Assembly (NCBI GenBank): GCA_963848295.1
Contig: CAWKDB010000010.1
Location: forward strand, 768,001-832,000
Direction: 5' to 3'
Origin: an uncultured delta proteobacterium
GTDB taxonomy: Bacteria; Myxococcota_A; Polyangia; Haliangiales; Haliangiaceae
DNA: 64,000 bases
Shown: one piece after another, positions 49,150-58,784 of the stretch
How the letters are laid out: every line of letters starts with the position of its first letter
Position numbering within the stretch: the stretch's first letter is position 1
Translations under genes and position numbers: made by a program
The notes under the pieces: model-generated
What the model saw: only the letters and a program-made list of their open reading frames with translations
Database searches by the model: none
Told to the model about the DNA's origin: nothing

Positions 49150-50088
49150 ATGATCTACGACAACATCACCGAAACGATCGGACGCACTCCGATCGTGCGC
49201 ATCCACAAGCTCGCGCCGGCGAACATCGCGATGTACGTCAAGGTCGAGTCGTTCAATCCCGGCGGTTCGGTCAAGGACCGGCTCGCGCTCGGCATCATCG
49301 AGGACGCCGAACGCCGCGGCACGCTCAAGCCCGGCCAGACCGTGGTCGAGTCGACCTCCGGCAACACCGGCATCGCGCTCGCCATGGTGTGCGCGCAGCG
49401 TGGCTATCCGTTCGTCGCGGTGATGGCGGAGCCGTTCTCGGTCGAGCGTCGCCAGATCATGCGCGCGTACGGCGCGAAGGTCGTGCTCACACCCGCGGCG
49501 TTGCGTGGCACCGGCATGGTCAAGAAGGCCGAGGAGCTCGCCCGCGAGCACGGCTGGTTCCTCGCACGCCAGTTCGAGAACGAAGCAAATCCGGCGTACC
49601 ACCGGCAGACGACCGGACCGGAGATCTTGCAGGACTTCGCCGGCAAACGACTCGACTACTTCGTCACCGGCTGGGGCACCGGCGGCACGATGACCGGCGC
49701 GGGCCAGATCCTCAAGGCCGCGCGACCCGATCTCAAGGTCGTCGCCGCGGAGCCGTCGGACGCGCAGCTGCTCGGCAACGAAGAGTGGAAGCCGCACAAG
49801 ATCCAAGGCTGGGTGCCCGACTTCGTGCCGGCGGTGCTCGATCGCACGGTGTTCGACCAACGCGTGGCGGTCACCGATGCCGACGCCGTGAAGACCGCGC
49901 GCGCCCTCGCGCGGGACGAAGGCATCTTCGTCGGGATCTCGGCCGGCGCGACGTTCAGCGCCGCACTTCACGTCGCCGCGACCGCGCCCGGTGGCAGCGC
50001 GATCCTCGCGATGTTGCCGGACACCGGCGAGCGCTATCTCTCGACCGTGTTGTTCGAAGGGATCAACACCGGCTCCGACGACGTGTGA
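49150..50088 (+). CDS. cysK: Cysteine synthase (O-acetylserine sulfhydrylase)
   Basis: NPGGSVKDR, TSGNTG, GTGGT, HKIQG, PDTGERYLST. Confidence 0.95.
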   Translation: MIYDNITETIGRTPIVRIHKLAPANIAMYVKVESFNPGGSVKDRLALGIIEDAERRGTLKPGQTVVESTSGNTGIALAMVCAQRGYPFVAVMAEPFSVERRQIMRAYGAKVVLTPAALRGTGMVKKAEELAREHGWFLARQFENEANPAYHRQTTGPEILQDFAGKRLDYFVTGWGTGGTMTGAGQILKAARPDLKVVAAEPSDAQLLGNEEWKPHKIQGWVPDFVPAVLDRTVFDQRVAVTDADAVKTARALARDEGIFVGISAGATFSAALHVAATAPGGSAILAMLPDTGERYLSTVLFEGINTGSDDV

Positions 50089-50095
50089 AACCGCT

Positions 50096-50653
50096 CTACT
50101 TCTTCTTCGCGTACATCCCGGTGAGCGTCGCTTTGCCGAGCATGTTGGCGTTCGCGTTGAAGCCGACGAACGACGCGGTCGCTCCGGCGGGAAGCTCGAG
50201 CTTGTCGGTCTTCAGCGCGTAGAGCGTGAAGTTGTAGTGATGGTTGCCGCTCGGCGGGCACGGACCGCCGTAGCCGGGGCTACCGAAGTCGGTCGTGGCC
50301 TGCGTCGCGCCCTTCGGGATCGCGCTGTTGTCGGCCTTGCCGGCGCCTTGCGGCAGGCTCTTCGTGTCGGCCGGGATGTTGTAGACGACCCAGTGCCAGA
50401 AGCCGGCGCCGCCTGTCGGTGCGTCGGGGTCGTGGACCATCAGCACGAAGCTCTTCGTTCCGGCCGGCGGGTTCGACCACTCGAGCTCGGGCGACACGTT
50501 GTCGCCGGTGCAGCCGAAGCTGTTGAACGCGAACTTGTCGGGGATCGCGCCGCGGGACTTGAAATCGGTGCTCTTGAGCGTGAACGGAGCGGCCGCGGCG
50601 GTGGCCGCAAACGCGATCATGGACCAGCAAGCTGCGAGAGACATCTTCGACAT
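50096..50653 (-). CDS. YbhB/YbcL family (PEBP/Raf kinase inhibitor-like) exported protein
   Basis: SPEL.W, DPDAP, FWHW, YGGPCPP, HHY.F..YAL. Confidence 0.93.
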   Translation of the reverse strand: MSKMSLAACWSMIAFAATAAAAPFTLKSTDFKSRGAIPDKFAFNSFGCTGDNVSPELEWSNPPAGTKSFVLMVHDPDAPTGGAGFWHWVVYNIPADTKSLPQGAGKADNSAIPKGATQATTDFGSPGYGGPCPPSGNHHYNFTLYALKTDKLELPAGATASFVGFNANANMLGKATLTGMYAKKK

Positions 50654-50714
50654 GAGCTAGCTCCTCGGTTGATGGCCCGCACGATAGACCAGATCGCGCG
50701 GCGACGGCTCGTCG

Positions 50715-53516
50715 TTAACGCGAACCGTGCGTGCGCTCGGCGAGCCAGGTCGTCGCATCGCCGCGCCGGCCCGCGTCGACGTACCCATCGCGCGCCTGCG
50801 CGACGAGGGCGAGCGCACGGTCGCGGTCGCGGCCGGAGTCCCACAGCGCCACTCCGAGCGCGAAGCGCGACTCCGCGAGCGCATCGGGATCGGCATCGGC
50901 CGGACGCGCGCTCGCGACCGAGACCGCGCGCTCCGCGAGTGGCAGCGCGACCGCCGGCTCGTGCGCGTCGATGTGAAGGTCCGCGAGCTCGGCGAGCACG
51001 CCGGCGAGCCGCGATTCGGCGCCCGAGCCGAGCCGCTCGATCGTCGCGAGCGCGCGCTCGTCTTCGGCGATCGCATCCGGGAGATGGCCTGACTGCGCGA
51101 GCACGCGGGCGATGTCGCGGTCCGCACCCGCTTGGCCGCCGAGGTCACCGATGTGCTCGAGCACCTTGGCCGCGCCGCGATAATCGGCGAGCGCCGCGTC
51201 GAAGTGCTCCTGCGCCTGCTCGACCTCGCCGAGGTTGCCGTAGATCGCGGCGCGCGGCGCGGAGTCCGGGCCATACACCGCCAGCAACACCGCGTCGGCG
51301 CGCTGCAACAGTGGCCGAGCCTCGTCGTAGCGATGGAGCACGATCAACGCGCTCGCGAGGTTCAGCTCCGAGCCCGCGACGTCCGGGTGGCCTTCACCGA
51401 GCGTGCGCTCGAAGATCGCGAGCGTCCGCTGCGAGGTCTCGAGCGCCTTGTCGAGCTTGCCCTCGGCGCGCTCGATCTGACTCTGCGTGCCGAGCGCGGC
51501 GGCGACGCGCGGGTGGTCCGGGCCGAACACCTGCTCGAGCGCGGCGACCGCACCGACGATCGCGGTCTCGGCTTCGCCGGCGCGATTCTCGTCCATCAAG
51601 AGCTGCGCGTTCGTCGCGAGCAGCGAAGCGCGCAGCAGCGAGTTGTGGCCACCGAGCCGGTCGAGCTTCGCGAACGCGAGGTCGAGGTCGCGATGCGCAC
51701 TCGCGTGATCGTGCTGCGTGACACCGACGACGCTCGCGAGCCCGCCGAGCAGCAGCGCCGCGTCGAGGTCGCGACCGTGCGTTTCGGCGAGCGCGAGTGC
51801 GCGATCGAACGTCGCCGCCGCCTTCGCCGGAGGATCGACCTCGGCCTGGAGCTGGCCGAGCGTGTCGAGCACCGCGAGCTCGGCGTCGGCATCGCCCTGA
51901 GCGTGCGCGAGCTCCGCGAGCGGCTCGGCGACGGCGATCGCCTCGCGATAACGGCCGGCGTCGAAGAGCGCGCGGACCTTACCGAGCTCGGCCGAGTGCA
52001 CGGAGCGCGGGGCGGTCGCGAGCAACGTGCTCGGATCGTCGCACGGCGCGGGATCGAACATCGCCCACGCGGCGTCGCCGGCGCCCTCGACGGTCTGCAC
52101 GTCCGCGTGCTCGAACACGTCGACGAGCGACGCGAGCTCGTTGCGGCGATCGGTGAGACAGCTGCGGCGCAGCACCGCGAGATGGTCGTCACTCGCTTCC
52201 TGGCACGTCGCGGTCGTGCGCACCGCGAGCAACTCGCGATAGAGATCGAGCGCCTGCGTCGCGTGATCGAACGCGCTCGCCGCATACGGCGCACCACTCG
52301 CCGCAAACGCCTGCGCCGCGGCCGCGCGCTGCAAGCCGCCGAAGCTCTCGCGCACGTCGTCGCCCGCCGCCTCGCACTCCGCCGCGTGCCGGTGCGTGCG
52401 GATCGCCGACGCCGCAGCGAGCCCGCCACCGGCGAGGACCACGATCGCCGCCGCTGCGAACGCGGACCGCCGGCGGGTGCGCGGTCTCGCCGCCGCGCGC
52501 AACGCCGCGAGCAAGGCGTCGAGGTCGGCGAACCGCTCCGCCGGCTCGGCCGCGAGCCCGCGCTCGATCACGCGGCGCACGCGGTCCGGAACGACGGTGC
52601 GACCCGGTGGCGTCAGCTCGTGCGCCTCGATCGCGAGCTGGATCGCGGTGAGCGTCGTGCCGGCGAACGGCCGGCGACCGTAGAGGCTCTCCCACGCGAC
52701 GACGCAGAACGAGAATTGATCGCTGCGCACGTCGACCGCGTCCCCCGCGAGTTGCTCCGGCGCCATGTACGCCGGCGTGCCGAGCAGAGAGCCGGTGATC
52801 GTCAACGGCGTGTCGAGCGATTGCGACACCGCGGTTGGCTTCGTCGTCGCTCGCGGCGGGGGTGACGGCGTGGCATGCGCGCCGACGCGTGCGAGCCCGA
52901 AGTCGCTCACCCGCGGCCGACCGTCGTCGCCGACCAGCACGTTCTCGGGCTTGAAGTCGCGATGGACGAGCCCCGCGGCGTGGGCGGCCGCGAGCCCGGT
53001 GCCGGCGTCGATCAGCATCGCGACGATGTCGCGCCAGCCGCGCTTGGTCTTCGCGAGCCAGCCGCGCAGCGTATCGCCGCGCACGTACTCCATCGCGACA
53101 CACAACTGGTCGTCGATGCTCGTCACCTCGAACACCGTGACGACGTTCGGGTGCGCGAGCTTCGCCATCGCGATCGCTTCGCGCTGGAGTCGGTCGTCGC
53201 CCGAGCCGACGCGATGCAGCTTGAGCGCGACTTCGCGGCCGAGCTGTAGGTCGCGCGCGAGATACACGCTGCCCATGCCGCCGCGGCCGAGCAGCGCGTC
53301 GATCACGTAGCGGTCGCCGATCTCGACATCGACCATCGGCTCGCCGAGCGAGCTCGGCTGCGGCGTGCCCATCGCGAACGTATCGGCGCGAGCGGCGGCG
53401 GCGACCACCTGGCGACAGCTCTCGCACGAGCCGAGGTGGTCTTCGAGATCCGCGAACCCGCCGGGCTCGGCGCGCTCGAGCATCGCGACCAACACGTTCT
53501 CGTCCGGGCACGCCAC
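50715..53516 (-). CDS. Ser/Thr protein kinase with N-terminal zf-HC2-like motif, TM segment and TPR repeats
   Basis: HLGSCESC; GRGGMG, VALK, HRDFKPEN, DFG, GTPAYMAPE; G.DHP TPR repeats. Confidence 0.93.
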   Translation of the reverse strand: MACPDENVLVAMLERAEPGGFADLEDHLGSCESCRQVVAAAARADTFAMGTPQPSSLGEPMVDVEIGDRYVIDALLGRGGMGSVYLARDLQLGREVALKLHRVGSGDDRLQREAIAMAKLAHPNVVTVFEVTSIDDQLCVAMEYVRGDTLRGWLAKTKRGWRDIVAMLIDAGTGLAAAHAAGLVHRDFKPENVLVGDDGRPRVSDFGLARVGAHATPSPPPRATTKPTAVSQSLDTPLTITGSLLGTPAYMAPEQLAGDAVDVRSDQFSFCVVAWESLYGRRPFAGTTLTAIQLAIEAHELTPPGRTVVPDRVRRVIERGLAAEPAERFADLDALLAALRAAARPRTRRRSAFAAAAIVVLAGGGLAAASAIRTHRHAAECEAAGDDVRESFGGLQRAAAAQAFAASGAPYAASAFDHATQALDLYRELLAVRTTATCQEASDDHLAVLRRSCLTDRRNELASLVDVFEHADVQTVEGAGDAAWAMFDPAPCDDPSTLLATAPRSVHSAELGKVRALFDAGRYREAIAVAEPLAELAHAQGDADAELAVLDTLGQLQAEVDPPAKAAATFDRALALAETHGRDLDAALLLGGLASVVGVTQHDHASAHRDLDLAFAKLDRLGGHNSLLRASLLATNAQLLMDENRAGEAETAIVGAVAALEQVFGPDHPRVAAALGTQSQIERAEGKLDKALETSQRTLAIFERTLGEGHPDVAGSELNLASALIVLHRYDEARPLLQRADAVLLAVYGPDSAPRAAIYGNLGEVEQAQEHFDAALADYRGAAKVLEHIGDLGGQAGADRDIARVLAQSGHLPDAIAEDERALATIERLGSGAESRLAGVLAELADLHIDAHEPAVALPLAERAVSVASARPADADPDALAESRFALGVALWDSGRDRDRALALVAQARDGYVDAGRRGDATTWLAERTHGSR

Positions 53517-53593
53517 GGCAGGGGGTTACACCAACCCGGAGCGCGGTTCACGTGAAAATCGGAGGACCTGATTAACGTTGTAGGGCCGGCGAG

Positions 53594-55333
53594 TTACATC
53601 GCGGTGCACGCGCCAGAGGTGTCGACCTTGCAGCGCGGATCCGGGCCCGCGAACAACCCGGTCATCGCGCAGCCGGTGATCGTCAGCGGCACCGAAGTGG
53701 CCGACGCCCAGCACACCGGCGAGGTCGATTCTTGATCGGCGAGCCACATCTGGGGCCCGGTCGCGTCGTGCTGCGCCTCGTCGTCGCCGCTCGAGCTGCC
53801 GGTGCACGCGACGCCTTCGACCGTCGTGGCGCCGAACGAGCCGGGCGGCAGCCGATCGTCGGCCGTGCCATCGCCGGTCTCGATCGCGGTGTCACAGTTG
53901 GTCGAGCTCACGTGCTGGACGTCGACCGTCTCGTTGACTTGATTGTGCGGCACGAACGACACCGCCGAGTGACCGGCGACGCAGCTGATCGTGTCGGCGT
54001 GCGCATCCGCGATCTCGGAGTAATAGAGCAGTGGGCACGGCGCGGCGGCGGAGCACTGGCAGTCGGTTCCACCGCCGCCCTGCGCGAGGCTGTTGCAGCC
54101 GTTCTGGTGCAGCGTGTAGTCGCCGACGCGATCGGTCTCGAACCGCAGCGCGATGCCACCGCTGCTGAAGATCTGCGTGAACGCGAGCGTGCGGCCGGCT
54201 TGGACCTGGACCGCGCCGCCACCGAGGCAGCCATGCACGTGATAGTGGTTCGTGTACGTGATCTGGCTCGGGCCGTAGAAGTGGTCGGCGTCCGGCGAGT
54301 CGTCGTGGCCGTACAGCTTCGTGACCGGGTTGAGGAACGTCGGCGGCGTCGCGTCCGCGTTCGTGTCGTTCGCGATCGAGAACAGGTTCTGCACGAGCAC
54401 GCCTTGCGCGTATTCGATCAGCAACGGCTCGAGGTCGGGATCGGCGCCGGTCGTCGCCGGATCGACGTCGACGGTAAAGCTGTGGCTGACATCCCAGCCG
54501 GCGACGATGCCTTGCTTGAGCGAGGTGTCGGCGCCGGTGCCGACGCCGATCAGCGTGACGTTCTGGACCGGCCCGGCCCCGCTCGGCGAGTCGATCGCGA
54601 ACAGCGAGCTCGCCATCGCGGCGCTCGTGGTGGATTCTCGAAACACCGCATCGGCGGAGATCTCGATCCGGACGTCGCCGTACGTGCCGAGCGCGTCGCT
54701 GGTCGTCACGCCCTTGACCTGGTACGTGCCGGCCGGCACGTAGACGATTGCCTGCGGCGTGGCGAGCGGACCGCTGGGAAAATCGCGCGGCAACGTCGTC
54801 GATGCGTAGACGATCGCGGCATCGAGGCTCGCGGTGTCGTCCGCGATGCCGTCGCCGATCGCCTGCGGGACGCTCGCGAGCTGGGTCGTCCGGATGTTGA
54901 TCGCGTTGTAGACCATCAAGCCGAGCCGCGTGACCGCGACCTGATCGGAGTAGGCCGCGACGTTCGTCGCCCCGGGTGCGCTCGCGATCAGATAGAACAT
55001 CGCGGTCGTCGTCATCTGCCCCGCGGGCAGCGTGAGGTGGGTCAGCCGCGTCGTGCAGGTCGCATCGGCGAACACCTCGAGCGGAGCGCCACCTGCGTCC
55101 AGGCCGGCGATCGCGATCGTGGTGTCGTTAGCGCTCGGGGCGACGTTGTCGCCGAGTGCTACGGTCGCGACGAACGGGTCGTAGCTGCACGCGGTCTGGG
55201 TCAGCGCGACCGGTCCGGTGATCGTCGCGACAATCGAGAACGGCTCGGTGTTGCCATCCGGGCTCGGCGCGTCGTGCGAGCCCGAGCAGGCGACGAGCAT
55301 GCAGCTCGCCGCGATCGCGTGACACCAGCGCAT
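53594..55333 (-). CDS. Lipoprotein with pectin-lyase-fold (GH55-like) beta-helix
   Basis: LVAC lipobox; AIGDGIADDTASL..AI and VYVPAGTY motifs. Confidence 0.75.
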   Translation of the reverse strand: MRWCHAIAASCMLVACSGSHDAPSPDGNTEPFSIVATITGPVALTQTACSYDPFVATVALGDNVAPSANDTTIAIAGLDAGGAPLEVFADATCTTRLTHLTLPAGQMTTTAMFYLIASAPGATNVAAYSDQVAVTRLGLMVYNAINIRTTQLASVPQAIGDGIADDTASLDAAIVYASTTLPRDFPSGPLATPQAIVYVPAGTYQVKGVTTSDALGTYGDVRIEISADAVFRESTTSAAMASSLFAIDSPSGAGPVQNVTLIGVGTGADTSLKQGIVAGWDVSHSFTVDVDPATTGADPDLEPLLIEYAQGVLVQNLFSIANDTNADATPPTFLNPVTKLYGHDDSPDADHFYGPSQITYTNHYHVHGCLGGGAVQVQAGRTLAFTQIFSSGGIALRFETDRVGDYTLHQNGCNSLAQGGGGTDCQCSAAAPCPLLYYSEIADAHADTISCVAGHSAVSFVPHNQVNETVDVQHVSSTNCDTAIETGDGTADDRLPPGSFGATTVEGVACTGSSSGDDEAQHDATGPQMWLADQESTSPVCWASATSVPLTITGCAMTGLFAGPDPRCKVDTSGACTAM

Positions 55334-55344
55334 CGTGGCCACCA

Positions 55345-57264
55345 TCACAACGGCAGCGGACAGGTGCGCGCGCCGAGGTACGTCAGCGTGTCTTGTGGAT
55401 AGCCCGCCCATTGCGCGGCGGGATCGAACGCGTCGGAGCCGTCCGGATCGCCGGCGAACACGTCGCAGTCGCGGAGCAGCGTGTGACCGACCGACGACGT
55501 CGCGCCCGTGCCCCACCCTCCGGCCCCCGGATCGGTGCCGATCTGACCGAACACGTCGTAGACCGTCGAGCCGCAAACGAGCTCGACCGCGTCGTTGCCG
55601 TTCCACAAGCCGGAGCCGGTCGTCTGATCGCAGGTCGGGCCGACGATGCCGGTCTTGCAGAACGTGTAGACGCCGCCCGGGTCGATCGACGCCGTGGTCG
55701 TCAACGCGGTCGTCGTGCCCGTCGCGCTGCCGTTCGAGAACACCTTCACGCCGCAGCCGTTCAGCGAGAACGGCAGCGAGCCCGGGTTGTAGATCTCGAC
55801 CGCCTTGTTGTCGGTGACATCGGTGCTCTCGACGTATTCGGTGAAGTACGGCCCCGCGATCTCGACGACGCCCGGCGTCGTGAAGCCGTCGCTCGAGCCC
55901 GCGTCGCCGGTGTCGCCGTAGACCCACGTCGCGCCGCCGTCGTCCGACAAGCGAAACGCATAGCTCTGGGTCGTGCCGACCGTGCCGGCGATCGTGAACA
56001 TCCCGAGGTACTCGTCGTTGTTCGGTTCGTAGTCGGCGCTCGTCGGCCCGTACGCGGCGTTCGGGTTCGCGGCGGTGTACGTGTACGTCGTGGGATCGGT
56101 GCCGGTGCCGAGGCCGAGCTCGACGAGCACGTTCGCCGGCAGCGGATCGTCGACGCCGCTCTGATCGGTCACGCCCTGCACGTAGATCCGGCCGTACACC
56201 GTCTGCGTCGTCCCCGGTACGTCGATGATCGTCGCCGGGAACTGGACGCGCGCGAACACCGCGGTGCCGATGCACGTCGCGGCGCTGCACGTCTGGCCAG
56301 TCCACGCGCAATCGACGTCGGTCTCGGCATAGCTGCATGCGGGCACACCCGCGGTCGCCGAGCACGTGCCCGCGGCGGCAAAGCTCGCGATCACCGTGCC
56401 GACGCACGTCGTCGCCGGTGGCGTATCGCACGTGAAGCCGACGCACGGATCGACGCACGCGCCGGCCGAGCACGCTTGGTCCGACGCGCTGCAATCGACA
56501 TCGGTGACCGGGTAATCACAAGACACGACGCCGCCCGGCGACGTGCACGTGCCGGGGTTCGCGTGCTGCGCTCGGGTCTCGCCGTCGACGCACGTGTCTG
56601 CCGGAGGCGCATCGCACGGGTTCGGCATGCATGGATCGACGCACGCGCCGCCGGAGCAGATCTGGTCGGTCGCGGTGCAGTCGGTCTGCGTCGGCGTATA
56701 GCTGCACACCGGATCGCCCGTGCTGCCATCGCACGTGCCGGCCGTCGCGTACGTGGTCAGCGTATTGTCCGCGCACGTCGCATCCGGTGGCGTGTCGCAC
56801 GTCGCGCCTGCGCACGCGTCGTAGCACGCGCCGTTCTGGCAGACCTGTCCCGCGTCGGCGCAGTCATTCGTCGTCGGCGCGTAGCTGCACACCGCGGTCC
56901 CCGAGCTGCCATCGCACGTGCCGGTAGATGCGTAGGTCGTGAGCACGGTGTCGGCGCACGACGGATCGGGCGGCGTGTTGCACGTCGCGGTCGCACACGG
57001 ATCGTCGGGCGCGACGCACGCACCCATCGCACACACCATGCCGGTCGCCGAGCAATCGGTCATCTCGGTCGGGTAATCGCAGCTCGCCGCGCCGTTGTCG
57101 TCGGTGCACGTCGCCGTGTCGGTGACGACGAGCGTCGTGCCGTTGCACGTCGGTGCGACCGGCGCGGGACACGCGTTGTCGGTGCACACGGTGTCCATCG
57201 CGGTTGGACCGCAAGCGGCAAACGCCAACACCACCATCGAGACCACGAACCGTTGACCCGTCAT
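55345..57264 (-). CDS. Lipoprotein with about 6 Cys-rich repeats, a central beta domain and C-terminal lamin-tail domain
   Basis: FAAC lipobox; repeats DPC...C..PP...C...GTC...CSY...DC...C..GAC; FTEYVE...NKAVEIYN, WNGNDAV.L, DVFG.IG.DPG. Confidence 0.82.
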   Translation of the reverse strand: MTGQRFVVSMVVLAFAACGPTAMDTVCTDNACPAPVAPTCNGTTLVVTDTATCTDDNGAASCDYPTEMTDCSATGMVCAMGACVAPDDPCATATCNTPPDPSCADTVLTTYASTGTCDGSSGTAVCSYAPTTNDCADAGQVCQNGACYDACAGATCDTPPDATCADNTLTTYATAGTCDGSTGDPVCSYTPTQTDCTATDQICSGGACVDPCMPNPCDAPPADTCVDGETRAQHANPGTCTSPGGVVSCDYPVTDVDCSASDQACSAGACVDPCVGFTCDTPPATTCVGTVIASFAAAGTCSATAGVPACSYAETDVDCAWTGQTCSAATCIGTAVFARVQFPATIIDVPGTTQTVYGRIYVQGVTDQSGVDDPLPANVLVELGLGTGTDPTTYTYTAANPNAAYGPTSADYEPNNDEYLGMFTIAGTVGTTQSYAFRLSDDGGATWVYGDTGDAGSSDGFTTPGVVEIAGPYFTEYVESTDVTDNKAVEIYNPGSLPFSLNGCGVKVFSNGSATGTTTALTTTASIDPGGVYTFCKTGIVGPTCDQTTGSGLWNGNDAVELVCGSTVYDVFGQIGTDPGAGGWGTGATSSVGHTLLRDCDVFAGDPDGSDAFDPAAQWAGYPQDTLTYLGARTCPLPL

Positions 57265-57340
57265 CCGGCGGAGACTAACGAAACCCGAGCGCGAGCGCAC
57301 GTCTGTTCTCACGGTTCCGGCGTACGTGTGCGCGTCGGGA

Positions 57341-58024
57341 TCACGCGAGCTGCGGCGTCGCTCGCGCGAGCCGGTTGATCTCGCGCGTGCTGACCACCGA
57401 GCTCGGCGCGCCCGAGCGCACGAGGTTGAGCATCGCCAAGCCCACGCGCTCGGTCGTCGTCATCGCGCTCGGCAGCATCACCCGGAGCAGCGGCAGCACC
57501 GGCCACAACGCGTAGTAGAAGATGCGATAGCTGCGGGTCTTCGACTTGATGCCGTGCAGCGGCTGGATCCCGGCGGGCCGGAACATGTACGCCGCCTTGA
57601 ACGGCATCGCGAGCAGCGCGTTCTCGGTCTTGCCTTTGACCCGCGCCCACATCCCGCGCGCCTTCTCGCCGGTATCGGTGCCGGCGCCCGAGACGTAGCT
57701 GAACACCGACGCCGGCGACACCGACAACAACGTCTTCGCCGCGGCGATCGTCATGTCGTACGTGATCCGCGTGTACGCCGCCTCCGACATCCCCGCGGAC
57801 GACACCCCGAGGCAGAACAAGCACGCGTCGAGACCGGCGAGCCGCGGCGCGATCGCCGTGAAGTCGGTAAAGTCCGGGTGCACGACCTCGGTGACCTTCG
57901 AGTCGAGGTTTCCCAGCGCGGTGCGACCGACGACGATGACGCTCTCGACGTCGCGCGCGAGCACGCACTCGCGCAGCACGCCCTGCCCGACCATGCCGCT
58001 CGCCCCGAAGATCACGACCTTCAT
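57341..58024 (-). CDS. NAD(P)-binding epimerase-like protein
   Basis: MKVVIFGASGMVGQG, CLFCLG, MWARVKGKTEN, FRP. Confidence 0.9.
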   Translation of the reverse strand: MKVVIFGASGMVGQGVLRECVLARDVESVIVVGRTALGNLDSKVTEVVHPDFTDFTAIAPRLAGLDACLFCLGVSSAGMSEAAYTRITYDMTIAAAKTLLSVSPASVFSYVSGAGTDTGEKARGMWARVKGKTENALLAMPFKAAYMFRPAGIQPLHGIKSKTRSYRIFYYALWPVLPLLRVMLPSAMTTTERVGLAMLNLVRSGAPSSVVSTREINRLARATPQLA

Positions 58025-58053
58025 CGTGCGCAGTGTATGCGGTATCCGCGGCG

Positions 58054-58782
58054 CTACGGCGACAGCACGGCCGTGAACCGCACCATCACGGTCGGCGAGC
58101 CGAACTCGCCTTCGCGATGGCGCACCGCGAGCTCGACCGCGCCCCACCGGAACGTCTGGTAGCGCACACCCCAGTCGAACACGTACTCGGTCGTCGGCTT
58201 GCCGAGCTCGAGCTCGGGCATCCACGCGAAGTCCGCGATCAGCGACGACTTCGGATACGGCGGCGGCACGACCTCGAGGCCAAGGCTCGGCCGCACGACC
58301 GGCGCAGACTTGATCCCCTCGTCGAGCGCGCGCAGCTCGCCGACCCCGGCGTGCAGCGTCGCCGGTCCGATTCGCCGGCTCGCGACGACGTACGCGTCGG
58401 CCGCGCGCAGCTCGCTGCCGATCGTCGCGCGCACGCCGAGCACGAGCGCCGGCTGGCCTGCGAACCAAGCATCTTGCCGCGCGCCGACCCGAAACTGCGC
58501 ACGCGCGAGGTAGATCTCCGGCGCCGGTGAGCCCGAGCACGAAGCCAGGCTGCACCGGCGGACGTCGCTATCGGTGCCGACCTCGACCTCCGCGATCCCG
58601 CCGAGACCATAGGCGAGCTCGGCGAGCGCCTTCGCGTGGCTGTCGACGCCGGCGGTCGCGACGATCGTCCCCGCCGCCGGCAACCACGCGGTCGGCGCGG
58701 CGACGACGCGATCGGTCGCCGGGTCCGCCGCCGCGATGCGCGCGACGAGCCCGACGCTCGCTATGATCGCGAACCGGAGCAC
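58054..58782 (-). CDS. Secreted beta-barrel-like protein (YjbH-like), paralog 3
   Basis: Signal peptide; APTAWLP; alternating hydrophobic strands; WGVRY. Confidence 0.7.
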   Translation of the reverse strand: MLRFAIIASVGLVARIAAADPATDRVVAAPTAWLPAAGTIVATAGVDSHAKALAELAYGLGGIAEVEVGTDSDVRRCSLASCSGSPAPEIYLARAQFRVGARQDAWFAGQPALVLGVRATIGSELRAADAYVVASRRIGPATLHAGVGELRALDEGIKSAPVVRPSLGLEVVPPPYPKSSLIADFAWMPELELGKPTTEYVFDWGVRYQTFRWGAVELAVRHREGEFGSPTVMVRFTAVLSP

Positions 58783-58784
58783 GT

